From Phaeosaccion multiseriatum (lineage: Eukaryota > Protista > Ochrophyta, other classes): a stretch of 64,000 bases of DNA. This document shows positions 13,768-24,407 of this stretch, in pieces. The notes beneath the pieces were generated by a model. The model was not told the origin of the DNA and searched no databases. It was given only the letters and a program-made list of their open reading frames with translations. The DNA is taken from assembly GCA_965112735.1 (NCBI GenBank), contig OZ218951.1, forward strand, positions 4,960,001 to 5,024,000, in the 5' to 3' direction. Each line of letters begins with the position of its first letter. The stretch's first letter is position 1. The position numbers and the translations under genes were made by a program.

Positions 13768-14585
13768 CCAGCACCTGCAGCAACTGCAGCAAAGCCAGCT
13801 GGTTCAGCAACCGCCCCAGCCGCAGCAGTGTAGCGTCCAAGGGTGCCAGAAGACCGCCAAGCACCGCGGCGTGTGCATCCAACACGGGGGAGGGGGGGGC
13901 AGGAAAAACACATGCCGTGTCGAGGGCTGTGAAAAGCATGGCATCACCGAGGGGCTGTGCCAAAAGCACTACAGCGACACGCAGGTGGGCGGGAATGGGG
14001 GGGGCTCAGTGGGCTCGGTGGGGTTGTCCACCGGCGCCAGTGGTAGTGGCAACAGCAGCAGCGGGGCGCCACCACCACTGCTCTTCTGGTGCACGTGGGG
14101 GGGTGGCTGTGGCGCGAGCGTGAGCGGGCCAGGTGCCATGTGCCCCACCCACCGGGCCGAGTTCAATCTCTGCAGCGTGGAGGGGTGTACAAAGGCGGTG
14201 CGATTGGGCGGCGTGTGCGTGCAGCACGGCGCGGGGATGCGCAGGTGTAAGGTAGACGGCTGCAACAATCATGTGATACGCGGCGGGGTGTGCATCCGGC
14301 ACGGGGCCTTCAACAAGCGCTGTTCCATTAAGAACTGCAACAAGATTGCGAGGGAAGACGGTAAGTGCAATGTGCACCACGTACCAGGGCCTGTGGCGCC
14401 AGTGCCATCCTCGTTGCCACTTGCGCCACCACCACCAGCCATACGACGACCAGCAGTGCCAGTGGCAGCAGCAGGAAGAGGGGGCGGGGGGGGACTGCCA
14501 CACCCGCACGCCACGACATACCACTCTCCGCCGCCACCTTCACAACTCGTAGCGCTGACGGCAGCGACGGCGGCAGCAGCATCCT

Positions 14586-14618
<33 letters not shown>

Positions 14619-15253
14619 TGGCAGCACCAGGGATGTCAGCATCGGCAGTAGCGGTAGCAGACGACAACTGGGACCAGGGAGGCGGGGAAGATGGGTTTGG
14701 ACCAGGGGGTATCAGAGGGCGAGTGTTTGATTCTTGCTACGCCGTCCGCTCATGGCCAGAGCAACAACGCAGCTCCTACCCCCCTGCCCCCCCCACTTAC
14801 TACCACACTCATCATGCTGCCCCTGTGCCTGCTTCGGTACCTGCTCCGGTGCCTGTGGCTTTTAGTGGTGGTGGTGGTGGTGATGGTGGTGGTGGTGGTC
14901 AAGGTGAAGCCATGGCGGCTAGTGGTGGTGATGTGATAAGATTCTATTCAGATGGTGGCCCCGTCGACGGCCCCCATTTCTCCTCCTCTTCTCCTCCTCC
15001 TCCTCCTCCTTCTGGCTCTTTCTCTAGTTCTTCTGTCCGAGGTACGAAGCGCGGCAGACTGATGGCAGAGGCCTTGTACGAGGAGGAGGAAGAGAGACGG
15101 AGAAGGCATCACAGCGTTGGCAAGGGCCGTGAGTATCCTGCAAGCGCGGCCCTTAGTGCCGGTGGTGGTGGTGCCGGTGGTGGTGGTGGTGGAGGCACTG
15201 GGAAGGCCGGGGAGGAGAGCGAGGAGGACGACGAGGTGGTGCAGATCTTGTAG
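13610..15253 (+). CDS. Single-exon polyQ protein with WRKY19-like C-x4-C-x9/10-C-x2-H(G) zinc-finger repeats (putative transcription regulator)
   Basis: Six repeats such as CSVQGCQKTAKHRGVCIQHG, CSVEGCTKAVRLGGVCVQHG, CKVDGCNNHVIRGGVCIRHG. First in-frame ATG at 13610. No WRKYGQK domain. Confidence 0.88.
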
Positions 15254-16148
15254 AGTACATGCATACACCATCTGTAGACAGACAGATACGATATTTGGCG
15301 GGAAAGCGAGCAGCCGAGAGCGTAACTATGACGGGAACTCAAGTGAAGCAAAGCAAGAACAAAGGGTGCGTTTTTCCGGCCCCTGCTTCCTTCCCCTACG
15401 CTCTGTGGCCGGCTGCTCTGAATAGAGGAATACGGAGATACCATGGTAGAGATAGGCGCTTGTTTTGGCGTTGGCCTGTCCTCCCCCTCCTCCCACCACC
15501 TTCTCCAGGTTGGGGGTGGTTGGGGGTGGGGGGGCGGTCACGCAAACAGAAAGGGCGGCAAAGTCGGAGGGCCTTGGGGGGTGGGGGTGCGGTCCAAGGG
15601 AGTCCAACGGACGGGACCCTTAGCTTGGGCCCCAACCCCGCACCCCTCCACTCCCATCCTTCTCTGTCTTTGCTTCTCCTCCTCCGTTTATGGTTGTGTT
15701 GTTGGGGTACGGGATATGACACCAAAAGTAGCGGTCACATCAAAATAATCCAACCCCCTTTTTTTTCGAGCCTCGCCGACACACCCTCGGCACACACGTG
15801 CCAGAAGATCAATAGCAGAGCAATAGATGATATGATTATCAAATGAAAGGAAGGGAACTCCTCCACCCACTCTTATGTCGCTCGAAACATCAAACAAACG
15901 CCACCCGCCTCGGCCCCTCGGCCCTCGATATACACCAGGCCATGGGAGAGCAACATCGGGCCTTCCTCCCATCCGCTGCCATCGCCATCTGCTGCCATCT
16001 GATGGATGACGCATCGACCTAGAGCCGCCGCTCTGCTGAATACATACGTGTGTGTATGTGCATGCGCTTCAGCCGACACGACACGGAGGGTGATGTGCTG
16101 GGGGGAGCCTTTCCCTCCCTGCCGACCTGCCTCACACATGCGGACCTG

Positions 16149-16182
<34 letters not shown>

Positions 16183-16225
16183 GACTGCTCTGCTGCTCCC
16201 TTCCCCCTTTCCCCCTCTTCTAACA

Positions 16226-16416
16226 TCACGCCTCTGCCTTGTCGGCTTGCTTGGCACTCTCTGCATACACGTCCTTGTCGGCGTCGCCAGAGATGGTGAG
16301 CCCCTCCGTGCTGCTCTCTAATTGCTCGAGGGCCGCATCAATACCCGTGCTGGTTGTGGATGAAGGCGCTGGCGGTGGCATGACGGCCGGTGCTCCTCCT
16401 CCTCCTCCTCCTCCTC

Positions 16417-16457
<41 letters not shown>

Positions 16458-19013
16458 TCTGCTGCTGCTACTGCCGCTATCCCCTCCGGGCTGCTCCTCA
16501 GTATGCCTCCCTTGAGGTACTTTCCCTTGTTTCGCCTCTCCGGCTTAAAGTAGAGGCGCATGTCGTATGCGTCTTCGTTATCGGCGTAGTAGCCCTTCTC
16601 GATGTCGTGAATCTGAACAGGAAACAGCATGCAGACACACACACACAGAGAAGAGAGAGTTGAAGGAGCAGGAGAGAGAGAAGGGACAGAGAGGCAAGAG
16701 AGAGAGAGAGAGAGAGAGGAAGAGGCAAGAGCGAGAGAAAGAGAGCGGCTAAGAGCTCAGGATCCAGGCCCTTCATCTGCGGAGCCGTTGCGAGTCCCAA
16801 CTGGGAAGCCGCCGCACTTCTCTCTAGTTCACCACCCCACCCTCACCCCCCCCTTCTCCCCTCCCCTGCCTCTCCCCTGCCCTGCCCATCCCCTGCCCTG
16901 CCTCTCCCCTGCCCTGCCCATCCCCTGCCATCCCGGAGAGAGGCGTTCCCGGCTCACGCGCATAGCGCATTATCATCATCAAACGCGTCCTTTCGTTGTC
17001 CCTCCATTTACAACCCCCTGCCCAGTGCCAGTCCCACAGCACTGCCCCTGCCCCATGCAACACTCACTGCCCCTGACCCATGCAACACTCACTGCCCCTG
17101 ACCCATGCAACACTCACTGCCCCTACCCGATGCAGTACTCACTGCCCCTACCCGATGCAGTACTCACTGCCCCTGACCCATGCAACACTCACTGCCCCTG
17201 CCCCATGCAACACTCACTGCCCCTACCCGATGCAACACTCACTGCCCCTACCCGATGCAGTACTCACTGCCCCTGACCCATGCAACACTCACTGCCCCTG
17301 CCCCATGCAACACTCACTGCCCCTACCCGATGCAACACTCACTGCCCCTGACCCATGCAACACTCACTGCCCCTACCCCATGCAACACTCACTGCCCCTA
17401 CCCCATGCAACACTCACTGCCCCTGCCCCATGCAACACTCACTGCCCCTGACCCATGCAACACTCACTGCCCCTGCCCCATGCAACACTCACTGCCCCTG
17501 CCCCATGCAACACTCACTGCCCCTACCCGATGCAATACTCACTGCCCCTACCCGATGCAGTACTCACTGCCCCTGACCCATGCAACACTCACTGCCCCTG
17601 CCCCATGCAATACTCACTGCCCCTGACCCATGCAACACTCACTGCCCCTACCCGATGCAACACTCACTGCCCCTACCCGATGCAATATTCACTGCCCCTA
17701 CCCGATGCAGTACTCACTGCCCCTGCCCCATGCAATACTCACTGCCCCTGCCCCATGCAATACTCACTGACCCTGACCCATGCAGCTCACCACACCACAC
17801 ACAAACACACACCTCGTAGCCTAGCGTCTCTGTGTAGAGGTGGAAGGCCGCCTCATTGCTCTTGCGCACGTGCAGGCTCGCGTATTCAGCACTGAAGGCC
17901 TCCTCCATACACAACTGAGAGCTCTGCATCAACTGGAGGGGGTGGGGGCATGGGGGGGGGGGGGGGTATGGTAAGCAGAAAGGGTTGCTGTGTGCTTTGC
18001 GGAGCGGCGGGGGGGGGAGACCACACATACACAAAGAAAGACAGTGAGAGATGATAAGAGGGGGGGGGGAGGGGGATCATGGAAAGAGGAAGAAGTAGAC
18101 CAAAGAGAGGGAGATGTAGGCACAAAGAGAGAGAGAGAGATGGATGCAGGTATAGGGAGATGGGGAACTACATAATGGAGAGACGAAGGGGGACAGTGGG
18201 AGGAAGAGAGAAAGGCGAACACCTTGGTACATGCAGTGCTTGTGTGAGAAAGGGAGCGACACAGAGAGAGAGGAATGCGTACTCCTCCGTGCATGCAGTG
18301 CGTGCTCGTGGTACCTTGGTGGCAAGGGCTCTTTTCCGATGCGTTCTGAGCACCGCGAGAGAGGTGATGTGTCCGTGCGGCTCAGGAGCGTCTTCCTCCA
18401 TCTTTGCGAGCACATAGCCCACAATCTTGGCTGCAGGGCACAATGGGGACAAGACAGGGAGGGAGAAATGGAGAGAGGGCATGTAAGAGATAAGGGCCCT
18501 CTTCCTGCCACGGGAAGGGGATCTATAGTGCACAGGGTGGCGCTTCCTCAAGGAAAAAGAGGCTTTCCAGCCCTGCTGCCTCCTCCACCCCTCCCTCCCG
18601 CTGGTCCCACGATGACCAACGCTTCTCGGCAAATCCGCAAAACGAAATCAGCACGGCCGCTGCTGGTGCACGCACAGTTCAAGCCTTGCACTAGTACGTC
18701 CTACACATATGCATTGTATACCACCCCGCAGCCGCAGCAGCAGAACTCAGCCCAGTGGTGAGGGAGTCCAGAACTCAGCCCAGTGATGAGGGAGTCCAGT
18801 TGGCGGCTGCAGTCCACGCGAACCATCACTCCTGCTCTCGACAATCCTCTTCCCTTACTAACCTCGGTGGTCTTCAGCCACGTAGAGGAGTTGCGGCCAC
18901 GACAGCACGTGGTATAGGTAGTACTTCATTTGATAGTTCTCCGGCAAGCACCACAGATTGGTGCTCTGCATCTGTATCAGGTCTTCCACCGTGGCTGGCC
19001 GTATGGACACCAT
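16226..19013 (-). CDS. NAA10: NatA catalytic subunit, N-alpha-acetyltransferase 10 (ARD1); exons 19013-18863, 18430-18315, 17932-17813, 16612-16226
   Basis: [93 protein letters not shown]. Confidence 0.97.
17040..17785. repeat. 25-bp minisatellite (CCCCATGCAACACTCACTGCCCCTG variants), about 30 copies, in NAA10 intron 3
   Basis: Head-to-tail units with a few recurrent variants and no unique spacers. Confidence 0.97.
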
Positions 19014-19369
19014 CTTCCCCTGTCGCCTCTACTGCTTCGCCTTCTACTACGATGCCCCTGAACTGCTGCTACAGAAGCTGCTGCTTGCACACGATCTGCC
19101 AATTTGCTGCAAAGCAGGATATCAAAGCAGTACTTCGCTGCTGCTGACACGCTAGATGTGGCGGATAGCTTCCCCTTCTAGAGCCAAGTCTCACTGTGCC
19201 TCCCTTGCGATAATTTCTCCTCCCAATCCCTCCTATTGTAATAAGGATGGCATTTTGTGGAGGAAGGGAAGGCGAGGCATGGATGGATGCATGGATGGAG
19301 GTGTACGGGCATATCGTTCATGAGTCAACAACACCCACCCCTTTTCTAAACCCTCTTCCCACTCTCGCA

Positions 19370-22300
19370 ATGATGAGGAAGAGGAAGGCAGTCTTATGGA
19401 CCACCACAGCAGTTGCCGCAGCAGCAGTTGCCCACCTGCATCTGCTGGAAGGCTGTAGAGCATTTACCCCGCCTGTGTCGCTGCTCCAGGAGCCTGGCCT
19501 AAGAAGGGGAATGAACCGAGGCCACCCCGGACAGCAGCGGACTTCTTTTCGCCAGCGAAGCACGCCTACGGGAGGAGTGGGGATGGGGGCGGAGGAGGGA
19601 GGGGGCGGTGAAGGAGAGGGTGAAGATGTGGGAGTGGCAGAGGAGAGCGAGGCGGAGTATAAGAGACGGATGGAGATCGCGGGCAGGCAAATGGGTCTGC
19701 GTGCGGACGAGGTTAGCGCTGCCGCTCTCCGCGAGCGTGCAGAGAAGATTATGCTCGATGCGGAGCGGATAAAGAGGGAGAATGAGGAGGCTCGCGCGGC
19801 GCTGGACAAGGTCAGTGGTAGAGACTCTTCGTCGGGGGGGGGGAGGCGGGAAGAAAGGGTACTTTTTCAGCACTGTCCTTGTCACTTGTTTCTTCATCTT
19901 CTTTCTGCTCCAACATGTCTCATCGATTGTGCATCTTTGTGCTGATGGGTGGGATTCCTTCCTGCTCCCTGGTGCTCCTCTTGTGCCCTGTCCTGCCTGC
20001 CTGGCACGTCCATAGGAGAATCTCGTGCGATTAGAGGCCAAGAAAAAGAAGGAGAAAGTCGATAAGCCCCCACCTCCACCAGAGGACCCACGTCTCGCGG
20101 GTCTCCGGGCCACGTGCTTAGCTTCTTACGCCCCTAGACTCTCTCAGCGGATAGACCTGGAGGAGTGGCGAGGGAAGGCGGTGTCGGAGCTGGACAAGAG
20201 GGGGCAGGGTACTAGGGCAGCAGAGGAGGTGATGAGTGGCCTGGCAGCGTCTACACTGGCGGCCTTTGCAAAGGAGAGCACTCTCGTCATGGGAGATGGA
20301 GAGGCGGTTCGGACGAAGCTGCAGTTGCTGGGGGAGGCAGGGGGGCTCTCGAAAGACGACCAGAGACGGGCTTACAAGCGCTTCACCACGCTTCTCCCCA
20401 GGCTGGGTTTTCAGCTGTCGGAGACCGACAGCAGGCAGGGCGGTGGAGAGGGCGGGGGGGCAAGAAAGAGCAGCAAGGCAGAGGAGGAGGCGACCGCTAC
20501 TGGCGCTGCTGCCACTGCTACTGGCGTGGAGGACAGGTTTGTCGAAGCGGAGCGCTATGATGACTCGGATCTACTCCGCTGGCTCTACACGGATGATGAA
20601 GAGAACACACCGGGGCAGGGCATGGAGCGCTTAGCCCAGACCTTACTCTCCATGGTGCCTACCTTGGTCGTCATTGACGAACTGGACAGCAGCCCCTACG
20701 CCAGGCCTGTGGGCATTATCAAGTCGCTGAGGCGATCCTACGGCCCACGAAGGACGGGAAACGTAGTGGGAGAGCTAGTGCTCAAAGCTTTCTTGTCGGA
20801 GCGACTCAAGACGTTGCTCGCTGCTCGACCTTTGCTGGCGGCGGAAGGGGGCGAGGCAGGAGGGTCAGGGTCAGGGTCCACCAGCAGCAGCGGTGGCAAG
20901 TACGAGGCTCTCCAGGCGGAGTTGTTGGGCAATGCCTACTGGCGCTGGCAGAAGGCGGCACTCGAGAGGGAGAGAGAGGCACAGCAGATTAGCGGGAGAG
21001 GTGGTGAGGAGCTGACGGTGGACCCTTCCAGGTGGGGGCTTGGGGATGAGCCGCTGCCGGAGTTGGCTGCGTTGGTGAATCTGTACTGGCTGGAGCTCAA
21101 CATGGCCAACCCAGAAGCAGTGAAAGCAAAAGCAGGAGGAGGAGTAGGAGCTATGGCCAAGGCGTTTGGAGGCGGCATGAAGGGCAGCAACTGGGGGGAG
21201 GGGAAGGAGGGAAACGAGGAGAAGGGAGCTGCGGACAAGGAGAATCAGACTTCAGGCCTACAGGGAAAGAGCGCAGATCAGCTGCTGCAGCACCAAGAGA
21301 ACGGGTTGCGATTCAAGGAGTTGCTTGAGAATCGCAGGCTGGCCGTCGACCTTGTGCGGCTCAATGACACGGTGCTCAACGACGACACCGCCCTCAAAAC
21401 CATTCGATGCATGCAAGTGGGCTTTGATAACTACTTGTCACGCAAGGATGAGGACATTATACCGCCAATGTCTGAGTCCGTGCTACGGCGGCTGAGAACG
21501 GAGGTGCTGGGGCAAGAGGACTTGTTCCCAGGTAAGGTGGTGCTGAAGCACTATCGTCCGAGCATTGCGGTCATTCGAGGGGACTTTCAAGTGTCGTGGG
21601 CCAAGGGCCAAATGCAGAGATTTATGGAACTGTCGAGACAGGCGGAGAAGGAGATGGGTGCTTTCGCTCTTGATAACGATGAATTTGAGAAGGAATTAGC
21701 GGACTATTGTAGGAACACGGAAGGAGGAGAAGAAAGAGAGGCCATCGGAGTAGATTCAAGGGCAGTGGTGGCAATCGGCTCGCAGAAGCGGAGCGCGGAG
21801 ACTTCGTGGGAAGCCGTGTTGAAGCGATTGGAAGACACCGGCCTCTCCAAGGATGTGCAGCTCTTCCTCGTGAAGGACGATGCTCGCAAGCGGGGCAAGG
21901 CCGAGGCGCAGCTAGGACTGGAGAACGATGAGCGGCTTTTTACCGATATGATATCCAACTTTGTGTCGGACTCAATGGCCATTGTTGCCGTCTCTCGGAA
22001 GGCCCAACCCAAACAATGGGGCAAGACCCCGGCCACGCTGCTGCTGAGTCTTGTGGGCATGTACTCGGTCTTCGCCACGGCTATTGGGTCCTTCGCCCTG
22101 AACGACAAGTTCGCACAGAGCATCGTCACGGATATGGACCTCAGCGTTCTCCCACAGGTGCTGCCCTTGGTCGGCTGTGTGGCCGGCTTGCAGGCCATTC
22201 ATGACTCGGGCCACTTGGCGGTGGCGGCTGTCCAGAGGCTGCCTGTCAAGCTTCCTCGCGCGGTACCGGGCTTGGACATCGGTCTCATGCCCACTATTGT

Positions 22301-22967
22301 GGACCCCGCGGGATATGCCAAGGACAGAGACTCACTCACGGACTTTGCCCTTGCAGGGCCCGTTGCCGGGTTTACGGCGTCTGCTGCCTTCTTGTTGTCG
22401 GGCCTCGCCCTCACCGCTGGCGCCGACCCAGAGAGCCTGCAGCTCTTCCCCAAGCTCGCGCCGGCCCTCCTTGAGAGTAGTGCGGTGGTGGGCAACATCG
22501 TCAACGCCTTCTTGCCCGGGGCCAACCTGGGCGTAGCCGACCTCGTAGCCCCGGTGGCCCTTCACCCCTTGGCCGTGGCGGGGGTGTTTGGCCTGTGGAG
22601 CAACACGCTCGCGCTGGTGCCCTACGGACGGAGCGACGGAGCGAGGGCGGTGCGGGCGTCCCTGGGCCTGCCGGCAGACGTGCTGTTTGCGCTCCCACTG
22701 CCCTCTCTGTGGGTCTTGTATCAGACACTCTTTAGCAGCAACGAGATGCTCGCGGCCAACTGTGTCATCCTCTTCTTCATGTACCCGGGGGAGGGTGTGC
22801 TGGTTCAGAACGACGCTCCTGTAGTCAGCCAGTGGCGACAGGCTGCCGTGTTGTTCTCCATGGTTGTGCTATCTGTGATGTTGATTCCCATGGGCGAGAC
22901 AAGCTTCCTGGGTGGGGGCGGGGCGGCGACCCTGCTGCAGAAGGCCAGCCAAATCGGTGGGTTGTAG
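19370..22967 (+). CDS. Plastid-targeted EGY-like M50 (site-2) intramembrane metallopeptidase homolog, about 1130 aa; exons 19370-19810, 20016-22967
   Basis: Signal peptide ending LEGCRA-FTPP (ASAFAP-like). C-terminal multi-TM domain with AIHDSGH, DFALAGPVAG, LHPLAVAG, LVPYGRSDG. Phase-0 GT-AG intron. Confidence 0.82.
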
Positions 22968-23615
22968 CGAGAGACCAATGAGAAGGGATGAAGGAAGGAA
23001 GACGAGGTTGTAAGAAGAATCAACCACACATGAGAGGAGGAGGAGGAACAAGTAAGAGTAGAAAAGAGGTTTATAACGGAACAACTGAAATCTGGAGGCT
23101 CGCTCTCAACTCAAAGAGTGTTGGCAAGTAACTCAGTTGGTCGAGTTACTACTTTTTAATTAGTGAAATACATTTTTGGTAATCAAGGGAGCAGCAACAG
23201 GAGGGGCCGGAGAGGCCGATGGAACTGAGTACACCTGTGTATCTGATCTCCCTCCTCCAACTGCGGCTGTATCACCAACTGCTGCTGCTGTCACCAACTG
23301 CTGTGGCACTGCCCGACCGCCTGTCGGGGGTTCAACTGAGATGAGTCCCGAGTTGGCTCGTCTAACTTGCGGACCGTGAGGGGGACAGAGGAAAGTAACT
23401 CTCTTCTAGTCCCTCCTCCTCCTCCTCCTCCTCCTCCTCCTCCTCCTCCTCCTCCTCCTCCTCCTCCTCCCAGGCTGTCTACGGCTCTCTCTTCCCTTCT
23501 ACTTTGTGCGTCTCTGAGGCAAGAATCCCGGGGGAGGGAATGCTGTGACAGTGCTCTCCAACAACGGGAAGGAACGGAGAGAGACCTCCTCGCGCCATCC
23601 CGCACCATCCCGCAC

Positions 23616-23682
23616 CACCTTTTGACATGTCAACCACAGAAGGAGGGACACCTTTTGACATGTCAACCACAGAAGGAGGGAC
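23616..23682. repeat. Perfect 33-bp direct repeat x2, each containing the palindrome TTGACATGTCAA
   Basis: CACCTTTTGACATGTCAACCACAGAAGGAGGGA at 23616 and 23649. Confidence 0.95.
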
Positions 23683-24407
23683 GCAGAGTGAGGAGACAGG
23701 GGAGGGTTGGGGCCTTTTCGCGCGACGGACGGTGACCTCAGTCGAGGCGAAAGCGCATCAAAAAGACCGCATGTTGATACCGTCCGTTCGTTGGGCTCTC
23801 GGCGATTGATGCAAGTCCGTGAATGACGCTCTCGCTCTCTCGCTCTCTCTCGCTCTCTCGCGCGTGTTCTCTCCGTGTGTTTGCTTGTGGCCCTTCGGTG
23901 TGCTGCAATGGGCAAGCGCGTGCGTGCGTGTATGCGCGCGTGTAAGTCAGAAACTCCAGTAAAGAAAGGAGGGGAGAGGAGGGGAGAGTCGGTGTCGGAA
24001 AAAGAGCAGACCAGAGCTTCTCCCTCCCCTCTTCTCCGCCGCTCCTCTCCCTCTCAGAAGAGCCCTTCAGCTGCCGGCCGGCTTGCCCTGTGAGGGGTTC
24101 GTCCGTTGGTGACGTGTGCGAACACTGCGTCGCCAAGCGTGACATGACGTGGTGCCTCTTTCTGCAGCCCGACCAAAGGAGGAAGACGAAAGGACAAAGG
24201 GAGGGCCTAAGACGGAGGTGGATGGCACTTCACGGCTCCCAAAAAGAGAGTGGAGTCCCCCCGGGGCACAGCAGCTCAGAGATGGCACCCTACGCGGAGC
24301 TTAGAGCAGCTCCTTCTCGTCTCAGACCGGACCGGACCGGACTGGAGGTTCAGCATTCGTGGGTTCAGTTCACCACAGGGTTGGCTGCCCCCTCTCAAAA
24401 ACGGGGT

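Noticed and set aside
18741-18799. 28-bp duplication in NAA10 intron 1 and many (CA)n, (GA)n, (GGA)n, (GGAA)n and (GGGGA)n tracts
   Set aside because: Ordinary slippage products individually; covered collectively under intron polarity.
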